Shown: in pieces, positions 8,756-18,043 of the stretch
Numbering within the stretch: the stretch's first letter is position 1
Layout: every line of letters begins with the position of its first letter
NCBI GenBank assembly: GCA_020632015.1
Contig: JACKGI010000003.1
Span: 1,421 to 65,420 of the forward strand
Source of the DNA: Candidatus Nomurabacteria bacterium
GTDB taxonomy: Bacteria; Patescibacteriota; Minisyncoccia; Phycocordibacterales; UBA918
Direction of reading: 5' to 3'
DNA length: 64,000 nucleotides
Notes under the pieces: model-generated
Told to the model about the DNA's origin: nothing
Seen by the model: the letters and a program-made list of their open reading frames with translations, nothing else
Databases searched by the model: none
Program-made: the position numbers and the translations under genes

Positions 8756-9196
8756 TTAACAACAACTTGACCATGAATCATCCGTAATTGGAGTTTCTTT
8801 AAAGGTTGTTAGTTGAGAGAATAGCTTCTCTGGTAAATGAACGTCATAGTACTCGTGAATAAACTGCACTTCTGTTTGGCCGTCATATCTTATCCCGTCT
8901 CTTTCTTTAGAGCTCAATTCGCTATGTACTATGGCGTGAGCAAGACATTGGGGAGACAAAGTGTGGTCTGGATATATCGAGTAAGCAGTAACACTTTTGT
9001 GATGGATGTAACTATCGCGCCCCACAGTGAGAATTCTCTTATGCAGACGGTCCATCATTTCACCTTCTGATAACACACCTTCACTCAGAAGCAGATTTAT
9101 TATTTTTGCTAGAGTATTGTTTGAACTAATAATCCTGTCCTCACTTATTGCTGTATTATCGATTGTTTCAAGAACAGCTTTTTTAAAAGAGTTCAT
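8756..9196 (-). CDS. Hypothetical protein (146 aa from the ATG at 9196)
   Basis: AAGGAG lies 7 nt upstream of the ATG at 9196. The longer ORF reaching 9238 is less likely. Confidence 0.5.
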   Translation of the reverse strand: MNSFKKAVLETIDNTAISEDRIISSNNTLAKIINLLLSEGVLSEGEMMDRLHKRILTVGRDSYIHHKSVTAYSIYPDHTLSPQCLAHAIVHSELSSKERDGIRYDGQTEVQFIHEYYDVHLPEKLFSQLTTFKETPITDDSWSSCC

Positions 9197-9264
9197 CTTT
9201 CTTCTCCTTGAGTAGGGTTTCTCATGTGAAACTAACAAAAACTTAAGAATAAAGCAAATTATTG

Positions 9265-9464
9265 TTGACTTTTATAGTGATTTCCAGTATTCTCATCCCT
9301 GTTCCAACCTCAGGTGTGTTGCGCTATCTAGCGATACACCAAGAAGTTAAAATTAAAGAAACGAAGTTGGGAGTTCCCCTTAAGGCCGGCCGTTACCTGT
9401 CTTTCAGGGGGAATCCCAATACCGCACCTGTTACGTGCGGGTTTAAACGTATTAATTAAATAAA
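9265..9464 (+). promoter_or_regulatory. Putative promoter (TTGACT-N17-TATTCT) and ~170-nt structured leader upstream of rpsS
   Basis: -35 at 9265-9270 and -10 at 9288-9293. Nested hairpins (ggtgt...acacc, ccaac...gttgg, ccgcac-ctgtta-cgtgcgg) lie before the rpsS start. Confidence 0.45.
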
Positions 9465-9788
9465 ATGTCACGATCACTCTATAAAGGACCTTACGTAGAC
9501 GAAAAGCTCCTCAAAAAGATCGCCGGAATAAAGCCCGGAGAGAGTGTAATCAAGACCTGGGCTCGAAACTCAGTAATCTCACCAGAAATGGTAGGTCACA
9601 AGTTTGGTGTTCATAACGGTCGCGATCACATCGAAGTCTTGGTAGCCGAAGAAATGGTAGGTCACAAGTTTGGAGAATTCTCTCCAACTAAGAAATTCCA
9701 TCGTCACGGAGGTAAGATGCAGAAGGAACTAGAACAGAAGAAGAAGGAAGCTGAAATCGCAGCTGCTAAAGCCGCTAAATCCTCATAA
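9465..9788 (+). CDS. rpsS: 30S ribosomal protein uS19
   Basis: S19 motifs ([26 protein letters not shown]) with a Lys/Ala-rich C-terminal tail. Confidence 0.96.
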   Translation: MSRSLYKGPYVDEKLLKKIAGIKPGESVIKTWARNSVISPEMVGHKFGVHNGRDHIEVLVAEEMVGHKFGEFSPTKKFHRHGGKMQKELEQKKKEAEIAAAKAAKSS

Positions 9789-9793
9789 GTAGT

Positions 9794-10120
9794 ATGAAAG
9801 CAATTCTAAAAAACTACCGCCAGTCACCACGTAAGGTTCGCCTTATTGCTGACTTAGTGCGAGGGAAAAAAGCTTCAGAGGCACTTACAAACCTTCAGTT
9901 TGTAGACAAGCGAGCATCAGGACCTTTTTCTAAGGTAATCAGTTCTGCTATTGCCAACGCCAAGGACCAAGGAAAGAATGTAGAAAACCTCTTTATTAAG
10001 AGCGTTCAAGTCAACAAGGCTTCTACAATCAAGCGATCTATGCCACGAGCTCGTGGTTCTGCGTCGCGTATTAACAAGCGTAACAGCCATATCTCAGTTG
10101 AGCTCGGCGAGAAAAAATAG
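9794..10120 (+). CDS. rplV: 50S ribosomal protein uL22
   Basis: L22-like (SPRKVRLIADLVRGK) and conserved order. Confidence 0.95.
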   Translation: MKAILKNYRQSPRKVRLIADLVRGKKASEALTNLQFVDKRASGPFSKVISSAIANAKDQGKNVENLFIKSVQVNKASTIKRSMPRARGSASRINKRNSHISVELGEKK

Positions 10121-10122
10121 AT

Positions 10123-10830
10123 ATGACACACGTAGCACATCCATATATCCAACGGATTGGAGTAAACCGAGACTGGAAGAGTCGATGGTTCACAACCAGT
10201 CCGGAGAAATTCCGCGAATACATTCGTGTTGATGCCGCTCTTCGAAAGATGCTAAACAAGCGTCTAAAGGGAATGTCTGTCGACGCGGTTGAGATCGAGA
10301 GAAGTCAAAAGGATATCAAAATCATAATCAAGACTGCTCGACCAGGACTTATCATTGGTCGAAGTGGGGAAGGTATCACAAAGCTTAAGAAGGAGATTGA
10401 CCTATTTTTGCGAAAGCAAAAAATGACTGACAAGCCAGAACTTAAGATTGATATTGAAGAAATCCGTTCACCAGAATCATCAGCTCGAATTGTTGGGCAA
10501 ATGATTGCTGAAGGACTAGAAAAAAGAATGACTTTCCGACGAGTAATGAAACAAACTGTCGAGAAAGTGATGGCAAATCGAGACGTTGAAGGAGTGCGTG
10601 TCATTCTTTCTGGACGTCTAGGAGGAGCTGACATGGCTCGAAAAGAAGAGCTAAAGAAAGGTCGAGTACCACTACAAACTCTTCGAGCAGACATTGACTT
10701 TGCTCGAGTTGAAGCCAACCTACCTTACGGTGTGATTGGTATCAAAGTTTGGATTTACCGAGGCGAAGTGTTTGCTGACCGAAAGGCTGGCCAGCAAGAC
10801 GTTGAGGCTCGTCCAACTCATAACCGATAA
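10123..10830 (+). CDS. rpsC: 30S ribosomal protein uS3
   Basis: KH-domain S3 motifs (GIIIGRSGEGI, GRLGGADMAR). Confidence 0.97.
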   Translation: MTHVAHPYIQRIGVNRDWKSRWFTTSPEKFREYIRVDAALRKMLNKRLKGMSVDAVEIERSQKDIKIIIKTARPGLIIGRSGEGITKLKKEIDLFLRKQKMTDKPELKIDIEEIRSPESSARIVGQMIAEGLEKRMTFRRVMKQTVEKVMANRDVEGVRVILSGRLGGADMARKEELKKGRVPLQTLRADIDFARVEANLPYGVIGIKVWIYRGEVFADRKAGQQDVEARPTHNR

Positions 10831-10838
10831 TTCTGCTT

Positions 10839-11273
10839 ATGTTATTTCCAAAGAAAGTAAAACACCGAAAGTGGCAGACTAATCGTATTAGCGAAGCGAG
10901 ACGAAATCGTCCAGACACTCGAGGTATCACTGTTTCATACGGTGAATACGGACTCAAAGCAACATCAGCTTCACGAGTTAAGTCAAATCAAATTGAAGCT
11001 GCCCGTCGAGTTATTTCTCGAACAATGGGTAAGACAGGAAGAATCTGGATTCGAATTTTCCCAGATCGACCAATTACTCAGAAAGCAGCCGAGGTACCGA
11101 TGGGTAAAGGTAAAGGAGATCCAGACCACTTCGTATTCGAAGTGCAACCAGGACGAATTATCTTTGAAGTTGACGGAGTACCAGAAGAAATTGCAAAAGA
11201 AGCCTTTCGAAAGGCTTGTGCAAAATTACCAGTTCAAGGAAAGCTCGTGCGTCGTGAAGACACACGTGTGTAA
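10839..11273 (+). CDS. rplP: 50S ribosomal protein uL16
   Basis: MLFPKKVKHRK..., KAAEVPMGKGKG. Confidence 0.97.
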   Translation: MLFPKKVKHRKWQTNRISEARRNRPDTRGITVSYGEYGLKATSASRVKSNQIEAARRVISRTMGKTGRIWIRIFPDRPITQKAAEVPMGKGKGDPDHFVFEVQPGRIIFEVDGVPEEIAKEAFRKACAKLPVQGKLVRREDTRV

Positions 11274-11284
11274 TCTCTAAGCCT

Positions 11285-11485
11285 ATGACAAAAATGCAAG
11301 ACATCAAAAAGAAGTCTGATGCAGAACTTACCGAAATGGTACAGACTGCTCGCAACACTGTACGGGAAGAGCGTTTCAAGGATAAGTTTGCTCGTAAGGC
11401 AAGCATAATCCGAAATGCCAAAACAGAGATTGCCCGTGCTCTCACCGAGCTCACTGCTCGCCGAAATAACGGAGATACAAAATAG
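11285..11485 (+). CDS. rpmC: 50S ribosomal protein uL29
   Basis: Size, position and helical L29-like sequence. Confidence 0.9.
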   Translation: MTKMQDIKKKSDAELTEMVQTARNTVREERFKDKFARKASIIRNAKTEIARALTELTARRNNGDTK

Positions 11486-11488
11486 CGT

Positions 11489-11743
11489 ATGACTACAGTA
11501 GAAAAAACATCAAATGGTCGCGTGCTCCGCGGAAAAGTAGTAGCTTCAAAAATGACTGATACTATTACTGTCGCTGTAGAGCGATACGTGAAGCATCCAA
11601 AGTACAAAAAGTACTTGCGACGTACGAAGAAATTCCTCGTACATGACAAAGGAAACACCGCCAAGGTTGGCGATACGGTCGACATTATTGAAGTACGCCC
11701 AATCTCAAAGCGAAAGTCTTTCGAGCTTGTAACCACAAAGTAA
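11489..11743 (+). CDS. rpsQ: 30S ribosomal protein uS17
   Basis: [29 protein letters not shown]. Confidence 0.95.
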   Translation: MTTVEKTSNGRVLRGKVVASKMTDTITVAVERYVKHPKYKKYLRRTKKFLVHDKGNTAKVGDTVDIIEVRPISKRKSFELVTTK

Positions 11744-11744
11744 T

Positions 11745-12116
11745 ATGATTCAGCCACAATCAGTCGTGAAAATAACCGACAACTCAGGAGGAAAAATTGG
11801 CCGAGTATTTAAGGTACTTGGTGGTTCAAAGAAGCGATATGCAGAGCTTGGAGAAATGGTTGTACTAGCTGTACAAACAGCAGAACCTAGAAAGCAAGTT
11901 AAGAAGAAGGACGTTGTATACGGAGTAGTTGTTCGACAACGAAAGCCATTCCGACGAAAGGACGGTTCTTATGTGAGCTTTGACGACAACGCAGTTGTGC
12001 TTGTCGACAAGGAAAAGCGAGAACCAAAAGCAAACCGTGTGTTTGGTCCGATTCCTCGAGAACTTGGAGAAGCTGGTTATCAGAAAATTGTTTCATTGGC
12101 TCCAGAAGTCGTGTAA
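11745..12116 (+). CDS. rplN: 50S ribosomal protein uL14
   Basis: MIQPQSVVKITDNSGGK.... Confidence 0.97.
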   Translation: MIQPQSVVKITDNSGGKIGRVFKVLGGSKKRYAELGEMVVLAVQTAEPRKQVKKKDVVYGVVVRQRKPFRRKDGSYVSFDDNAVVLVDKEKREPKANRVFGPIPRELGEAGYQKIVSLAPEVV

Positions 12117-12138
12117 TAACTAATTCAATAACAAGCGT

Positions 12139-12450
12139 ATGAAAATAAGAAAGGGAGACACTGTAAAAGTTATTGCTGGAAAGGATAAGGGAAAGACTGG
12201 AACAGTCCTACTTACCTTGACTGACACTGAGCAGGTCGTAATCGAAGGAGTGAATGAAGTAAAGCGACACCAAAAGAATCGTCGAACTCGTTCACAAGGA
12301 CAAATTATTGAAAAAAGCATGCCGATTCACGTTTCTAACGTGTCACTGATGGAGGGAAACAAAGCTGTTCGAGCTGGTTATATCTTCGAAGGTGAGGGAG
12401 ACAAGCGAAAGAAAGTTCGTGTTGCTCGACCAAGCGGTAAGAAAATATAA
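12139..12450 (+). CDS. rplX: 50S ribosomal protein uL24
   Basis: MKIRKGDTVKVIAGKDKGKTG (KOW motif). Confidence 0.95.
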   Translation: MKIRKGDTVKVIAGKDKGKTGTVLLTLTDTEQVVIEGVNEVKRHQKNRRTRSQGQIIEKSMPIHVSNVSLMEGNKAVRAGYIFEGEGDKRKKVRVARPSGKKI

Positions 12451-12462
12451 ATTCTTTAGAGT

Positions 12463-13002
12463 ATGGAAACTGTACAGACTCAGCTTGCTTCAGTGTTTGA
12501 AACTTTGAAAAAAGATTTCGGATACCAGAACGTAAACCAAGCACCAACTATTGAAAAAGTTGTTATCTCAGTCGGAACCGGACGAGTTGACGACAAAGCA
12601 AAGATTGCTCTTATCCAAGACAGACTTGCTAAGATTACTGGTCAAAAAGCTGCGCCACGAAAGGCAAAGCAATCAATTGCTTCATTTAAGCTTCGCGAGG
12701 GTGATGTAATTGGTTACCAAGTAACACTACGTGGACAACGAAAGATTGATTTTCTAAATAAATTAATTCACGTTGCTATCCCACAAACTCGAGACTTCCG
12801 TGGTCTACGCACAACATCTATAGATGAAATGGGTAACTACACTCTTGGTATCAAGGACAATACAATTTTCCCTGAAACTGCAGAAGAAGATATTCGAGAT
12901 GTGTTTGGTATGTCTATCACTTTAGTGACGACTGCTAAGACAAAAGAAGAATCAGAAGCACTTCTTCGACACATCGGCATGCCGTTGCAAAAAGCCGAGT
13001 AG
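12463..13002 (+). CDS. rplE: 50S ribosomal protein uL5
   Basis: L5-like (FKLREGDVIGYQVTLRG, RDFRGL). Confidence 0.96.
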   Translation: METVQTQLASVFETLKKDFGYQNVNQAPTIEKVVISVGTGRVDDKAKIALIQDRLAKITGQKAAPRKAKQSIASFKLREGDVIGYQVTLRGQRKIDFLNKLIHVAIPQTRDFRGLRTTSIDEMGNYTLGIKDNTIFPETAEEDIRDVFGMSITLVTTAKTKEESEALLRHIGMPLQKAE

Positions 13003-13189
13003 GTTTTTTAGAAAGCAAACTGCTTTGCTTTCGGCAAGGGCATGAGGCGGAGACATGTTTCTTTTTCTCTCCTAGAAAAAGAAACAGTCGAGCCCGGGGA
13101 GGAAGTTCTTATGAGCGTAAGCGAATTAGAAACTTGACCCTCCCGTTGATTAAAAAAGAAGAGGTAAAATAAGCTTCAAACAGAAGAGT

Positions 13190-13220
13190 AAAAACCGGCC
13201 CTGTATAGGCCGGTTTTTAC
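13190..13220 (+). terminator. Terminator downstream of rplE
   Basis: aaaaccggcc-ctgtata-ggccggttttt. Confidence 0.7.
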
Positions 13221-13231
13221 TATGATTTAAA

Positions 13232-13258
13232 TAAAAACCGAGAGCTAAGCGCTCTCGG
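13232..13258 (-). terminator. Terminator of the 13277-13771 gene
   Basis: ccgagagc-taagc-gctctcgg with a T-run on the minus strand. Confidence 0.65.
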
Positions 13259-13276
13259 CCAGTCTCGGTTATTGGT

Positions 13277-13771
13277 TTACCGAGATAATGTTTTCATCAT
13301 TGATCTGAGGGTTTGATAGTGTCTTGGGTTGGTCGCTTGCAGTTTGGCCAACCTTTCGGTCACCGCCTCAGTTTCCCTATCAGTCAGGAAGTCGATTGAT
13401 TCAATATGCGAAGGTAGTTTCCCTCCTGTGAACTTTATGCGTTCACCTCTTTCCTGCAAAAATGACATTCCCAGCAGTGGCCATCTCTTTAGGTCGATAT
13501 CTTCAATGAAATGGCCGATTAGAATAGGCTCTTTTGCCTTGCGGGATAGCCTATACTTCGAAACAAAGAAGAATAATCTTTTTCTGGTTCCTTTAAACGT
13601 GATTGCCAGGAAACCTTTGTTTACAAAGATGTTCGACATTCGGCGTGAAGTCTCGAGGTCGTAGTGACCAAACAAGTATTCATCCGCATCGATTTTCTTG
13701 GTGTTGTCACCCTTCAGCAAGGTCAGTATTCGCCGTGGGTCGCCCTTTGGGTGTCTGCTTGTAGCTTCCAT
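13277..13771 (-). CDS. Hypothetical protein (164 aa) inserted antisense inside the spc cluster
   Basis: ORF with its own terminator. No family recognised. Confidence 0.5.
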   Translation of the reverse strand: MEATSRHPKGDPRRILTLLKGDNTKKIDADEYLFGHYDLETSRRMSNIFVNKGFLAITFKGTRKRLFFFVSKYRLSRKAKEPILIGHFIEDIDLKRWPLLGMSFLQERGERIKFTGGKLPSHIESIDFLTDRETEAVTERLAKLQATNPRHYQTLRSMMKTLSR

Positions 13772-13871
13772 CTATTTCTCCCTGTAAATTGAGTCGATTG
13801 ACTCTAGAACTAAACCGATGAGAATATATCACGTGATTTGTTGATGTCAATGTGAGAAGGCTAAAATACTA

Positions 13872-14061
13872 TTGCTATTTAACGAAATTCTGGTATTCTT
13901 GCGGGCAAGACGAACAGGCGCCTACTTAGGGCAACCTGCCGTTGAACCCAGTGAAATACGAAAGCGAAGCTTTCGTCAGCGTAAGCACATTTCATCGGGG
14001 GATTTATCAAGAGGCACGTCACCATTTCTAGGTGATACGGTCTCATAAACAATAAAATACA
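13872..14061 (+). promoter_or_regulatory. Putative promoter (TTGCTA-N16-TATTCT) and ~160-nt structured leader upstream of rpsN
   Basis: -35 at 13872-13877 and -10 at 13894-13899. Hairpins include cgaaagc-gaa-gctttcg. Confidence 0.4.
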
Positions 14062-14247
14062 GTGGCTAGAAAAGCTTTAATTCTCCGTTCTGAACGGACA
14101 CCAAAGTTTAAGTCTCGTGTTGTCCGACGCTGCAAACTTTGCGGTCGTGGAAAAGGATATATGCGTGACTTTGCAACGTGCCGAATTTGCTTCCGCGAAC
14201 TCGCACATGAAGGACATATACCAGGCGTAAGAAAATCATCATGGTAG
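14062..14247 (+). CDS. rpsN: 30S ribosomal protein uS14, zinc-ribbon (type Z) form
   Basis: 61 aa with a GTG start and CKLCGR...CRICFR cysteine pairs. Confidence 0.95.
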   Translation: MARKALILRSERTPKFKSRVVRRCKLCGRGKGYMRDFATCRICFRELAHEGHIPGVRKSSW

Positions 14248-14636
14248 GCGATACAATTGGCGATTTGATAATTCGTCTGAAGAACGCTGGCGCAATTGGT
14301 AAGGATTCAGTTTCTGTTCCTTATTCAAAGCTCCGAGAAGCAGTTCTCAACAAATTAGTTGATGCAGGATACATTTCTGCAGTTTCAACAAAAGGAAAGC
14401 AGGTACAAGAAAAAACCCTCGAAGTGACACTTAGTTATGAAAACGGTGAACACCGAATCAGCGGTGTGAAGCGTATTTCAAAGCCAGGTCGACGTCTCTA
14501 CACGAAGGTTGCTGATTTACACCCAGTTAAGTTTGGGAAGGGTCACCTTATTCTTTCAACTCCAGCCGGTATTTTGACTAATACTGAAGCTAAAGAGAAG
14601 AAAGTAGGAGGCGAACAACTTTTCATTATTTGGTAA
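14241..14636 (+). CDS. rpsH: 30S ribosomal protein uS8
   Basis: [13 protein letters not shown]... Overlaps rpsN by 7 nt. Confidence 0.96.
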   Translation: MVGDTIGDLIIRLKNAGAIGKDSVSVPYSKLREAVLNKLVDAGYISAVSTKGKQVQEKTLEVTLSYENGEHRISGVKRISKPGRRLYTKVADLHPVKFGKGHLILSTPAGILTNTEAKEKKVGGEQLFIIW

Positions 14637-14638
14637 GT

Positions 14639-15169
14639 ATGAGTCGACTAGGAAAAATTCCAGTAGCAATTCCCGGAGGAGTTACAGTAACTCTAGAGAA
14701 CGGACTACTGACGGTAAAAGGACCAAAGGCAACTTTAACTCGTGAATTCAAAAACGATGTTGAAGTAAAAATTGAAGGCGACACAGTAACTATGTCTCCA
14801 GGAGATACTCCAGAAGCTAAGGCTCTTTGGGGAACTTATGCAGCGCACTTACGTAACATGATTACTGGAGTGACTGAAGGTTTCACTAAAGTTCTTGAAA
14901 TCGAAGGAGTTGGTTACCGAGCTGAAGTAAAAGGAAAGGAAATCGTACTAAACGTAGGTTTCTCTCACCAAGTAATGCTTGAAATTCCAGAAGGTATTTC
15001 AGCAGAAGTGGTAAAGAACGTAATCACTCTTACTGGAGCTGATAAGGACGCTCTTGGACAGTTTGCTGCCAATGTGCGAAAGGTTAAGAAGCCTGAACCA
15101 TACAAAGGAAAGGGTATTCGATACCAAGGTGAATACATTATTCGTAAGCAAGGTAAGAAGGCTGTTTAG
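14639..15169 (+). CDS. rplF: 50S ribosomal protein uL6
   Basis: MSRLGKIPVAIPGGV... ATG at 14639 is preferred over the TTG at 14630. Confidence 0.95.
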   Translation: MSRLGKIPVAIPGGVTVTLENGLLTVKGPKATLTREFKNDVEVKIEGDTVTMSPGDTPEAKALWGTYAAHLRNMITGVTEGFTKVLEIEGVGYRAEVKGKEIVLNVGFSHQVMLEIPEGISAEVVKNVITLTGADKDALGQFAANVRKVKKPEPYKGKGIRYQGEYIIRKQGKKAV

Positions 15170-15186
15170 TCTTGTAATAATTCAAT

Positions 15187-15537
15187 ATGGAAAAATCACA
15201 ATACAAAACAGAAATGAGAACCAAACGACACAGTCGTTTGCGTCACAAGGTTTCTGGTACAGCCGAACGACCTCGTTTAGCGGTATTCCGAAGTAACACA
15301 TCTGTCTACGCACAGTTGATTGATGATGTTGCTGGTAAGACACTAGCTGCTGCTGATTCTCGAAAGGAGAAGAAAGGAACAGCTGTAGAAAAAGCAAAAA
15401 TCGTTGGAGCAGAGATTGCAAAGAAGGCAGGAGCAGCAAAAATTACTGAAGTGGTTTTCGACCGTGGAGGTTTCCGGTACCAAGGTATCGTAGCAGCTTT
15501 AGCTGATGCAGCTCGAGAAGGAGGTCTAAAATTCTAA
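15187..15537 (+). CDS. rplR: 50S ribosomal protein uL18
   Basis: [32 protein letters not shown]. Confidence 0.96.
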   Translation: MEKSQYKTEMRTKRHSRLRHKVSGTAERPRLAVFRSNTSVYAQLIDDVAGKTLAAADSRKEKKGTAVEKAKIVGAEIAKKAGAAKITEVVFDRGGFRYQGIVAALADAAREGGLKF

Positions 15538-15547
15538 ATTAATTATT

Positions 15548-16201
15548 ATGTCAGAAACAAAACAGCAGGAAGCTACAACTGACGTTAAGTCAGATGCTGT
15601 AGTTGAAAAAACTACAGAAGCTGTGCCGACAACGGCACCAGCTACCGATGCACCAGCTGCGACAACAGGGGACCGAGGTCCACGTCGCCGCCGAGGTGGA
15701 AACGATAGAAGAGGCGGAGGACAAGGTGGTCGTCGACCACGTCGTGGAGGACGTCATGAACGAGTTCGACCAGAGTTCGATCAAAAGATTGTCAGTATCC
15801 GACGAGTTACTCGTGTGATGGCCGGAGGACGACGTTTCTCTTTCTCAGTTTCAATGGTTATTGGAGATAAAAAAGGTAAGGTAGGAGTAGGAGTCGGTAA
15901 AGCTGGCGATACTCAACTTGCTATCGAAAAGGCTGTACGAGACGCAAAGAAGAAAATGATTGTAGTACCAATGGATAAGGACGGACGTATTCCTCATGAT
16001 GTACACGTAAAGTATGCTTCAAGTGAGGTTATGATTATGCCAGCGCCAGGTCGTGGACTTGTAGCCGGATCATCAGTTCGAACTGTTCTAGAGTTAGCTG
16101 GAGTAAAGGACGTTACAGCAAAGCTATTCTCACGAAGTAAGAACAAACTTAACAACGCTCGCGCTGCTGTCGAAGCGCTTAAGCAACTTAAGAAAGGCTA
16201 G
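15548..16201 (+). CDS. rpsE: 30S ribosomal protein uS5 with ~70-aa Ala/Thr- and RGG-rich N-terminal extension
   Basis: S5 core (IVSIRRVTRVMAGGRRFSF, GVGVGKAGD) preceded by GDRGPRRRRGGNDRRGGGQGGRRPRRGG. Confidence 0.95.
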   Translation: MSETKQQEATTDVKSDAVVEKTTEAVPTTAPATDAPAATTGDRGPRRRRGGNDRRGGGQGGRRPRRGGRHERVRPEFDQKIVSIRRVTRVMAGGRRFSFSVSMVIGDKKGKVGVGVGKAGDTQLAIEKAVRDAKKKMIVVPMDKDGRIPHDVHVKYASSEVMIMPAPGRGLVAGSSVRTVLELAGVKDVTAKLFSRSKNKLNNARAAVEALKQLKKG

Positions 16202-16204
16202 TGT

Positions 16205-16654
16205 ATGCAACTTCATGAACTAAAACCAACAGCACCACGAAAGTCAGCCAAAAGAATTGGTCGCGGTGGAAAGCGTGGTAAGACCTCAGGAAAGGGGCAC
16301 AAGGGACAAAAGGCACGAACAGGTAACAGTACTCGTCCAGAAATGCGAGAGCTAATCAAGAAGCTTCCAAAGCTTCGTGGTCATGGTGTAAACCGAGCTC
16401 GAACAGTTAATTCAGAACGAGTTCTACCAGTTGTTGTAAATGTGTCTGCTCTAGAAACAGCTTTTGAAGCTGGGGCTACAGTATCACCAAAGACTCTAGT
16501 TGTTGCTGGAGTGATTTCAACTACTCGAAAACAAGCGCCAAAAGTTAAGATTCTAGGTAATGGAAGTCTAACTAAGAAACTAACGATAGAAGATTGTCAG
16601 GTCTCGCAGTCAGCGAAAGAAAAAGTAGAGAAAGCTGGCGGAAGCGTGAAATAA
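16205..16654 (+). CDS. rplO: 50S ribosomal protein uL15
   Basis: MQLHELKP...RIGRGGKRGKTSGKGHKGQKAR. Follows rpsE directly, with no L30 gene between them. Confidence 0.96.
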   Translation: MQLHELKPTAPRKSAKRIGRGGKRGKTSGKGHKGQKARTGNSTRPEMRELIKKLPKLRGHGVNRARTVNSERVLPVVVNVSALETAFEAGATVSPKTLVVAGVISTTRKQAPKVKILGNGSLTKKLTIEDCQVSQSAKEKVEKAGGSVK

Positions 16655-16671
16655 GCGGTAGCATTAAGCTT

Positions 16672-17943
16672 ATGCAAACATTCCTTCACAAACTTAAAGT
16701 AATCTTTACCGAACCAGCTATACGAAACCGAGTACTATTTGTACTAGGGGCGTTAGTAATCTTCCGAGCTTTGGCCTCAATTCCAATTCCAGGAGTTGAC
16801 CAAGTAGTACTGGAACAGTTCTTCTCAAACAACCAATTTCTAGGACTCCTAAACATCTTCTCTGGAGGTGGTTTGGCAAACCTTTCAATTGTAATGCTTG
16901 GTGTTGGGCCGTTTATTACAGCTTCAATTATCATGCAACTCTTGACTGTAATGACTCCAAAACTTAAGAGTCTTTACACTGAGGAAGGAGAAGCTGGACG
17001 AGCTAAGTTTACACAGTACAGTCGTATGCTTACTCTTCCATTGGCTATTCTTCAAGGTTTTGGTTTCCTAACTCTTCTACAGAGTCAGGGGGTAATCTCT
17101 GGACTAACTACATTTGATTTCGTGGTAAACGTTATCTTGGTTGTAGCCGGCTCAGTATTATTGATGTGGATTGGTGAACTGGTTACAGAATACGGTATTG
17201 GTAATGGTGTTTCTATCCTCATCTTTGCTGGAATCGTAGCCGGTCTTCCTGCCACAGCTAGTCAGCTTCTATTGAACTATGACCCTTCTCAACTACCTCT
17301 ATATGTTGGATTCGCTATCGTTGCGATTGGTATCATCTATGCAGTGGTGGTAATGACAGAAGCAGAACGACCAGTGCCTATTACTTACGCTAAGCAAAGT
17401 CGGGGTGGTTCGACTTATGGGTCTAGTCAGTCTTACTTGCCAATGCGTCTTAACCAAGCTGGTGTTATTCCAATCATCTTTGCGCTTTCAATTATTTTGT
17501 TCCCGCAAATGGTATTGAATATTCTTTCAGCCTTTGATTTGCCTTGGGTGGCACAAGCTAATGAAGTAGTGACTGGTTTCTTGAATAACCAGTGGGCATA
17601 TGGAGGTACATACTTCACCTTAGTATTCCTTTTCACTTTCTTCTATACAGCGGTGACTTTCGACCCAGATGCAGTGTCAAAGAACTTACAAAGAAGCGGA
17701 GGTTTTATCCCAGGGATTCGTCCAGGTGGTCACACCTCAGAATACCTAGGAAATCTAGTTACTCGTCTTACATTAGTAGGAGCTCTCTTCCTTGGTGTCG
17801 TAGCCGTTCTTCCAGTTGGTATGCAAATTGCTACTGGTGTAACAGCTTTGGCGATTGGAGGTACAGCCGTATTGATTGTGGTATCAGTGGTTCTCGATTT
17901 GATTCGACGACTCGATGCACAAGTCTCGATGCGAGAGTACTAA
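16672..17943 (+). CDS. secY: Preprotein translocase subunit SecY
   Basis: Multi-TM protein with SecY motifs (GGGLANLSIVMLGVGPFITASIIMQLL). ATG at 16672 chosen. Confidence 0.95.
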   Translation: MQTFLHKLKVIFTEPAIRNRVLFVLGALVIFRALASIPIPGVDQVVLEQFFSNNQFLGLLNIFSGGGLANLSIVMLGVGPFITASIIMQLLTVMTPKLKSLYTEEGEAGRAKFTQYSRMLTLPLAILQGFGFLTLLQSQGVISGLTTFDFVVNVILVVAGSVLLMWIGELVTEYGIGNGVSILIFAGIVAGLPATASQLLLNYDPSQLPLYVGFAIVAIGIIYAVVVMTEAERPVPITYAKQSRGGSTYGSSQSYLPMRLNQAGVIPIIFALSIILFPQMVLNILSAFDLPWVAQANEVVTGFLNNQWAYGGTYFTLVFLFTFFYTAVTFDPDAVSKNLQRSGGFIPGIRPGGHTSEYLGNLVTRLTLVGALFLGVVAVLPVGMQIATGVTALAIGGTAVLIVVSVVLDLIRRLDAQVSMREY

Positions 17944-18043
17944 TTTCCTGAAATCACTTCATCTGCGTCGTTAAGCTTCGGAAAATTTCCTCACTTATCT
18001 TGCATCTAAAGTAAAAGAAAAGACCCTTTCGGGTCTTTTCTTT

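Noticed and set aside
9570-9700. Apparent internal duplication EMVGHKFG...EMVGHKFG in S19
   Set aside because: Two MVGH-type motifs are a normal feature of uS19, not a repeat expansion or an assembly artefact.
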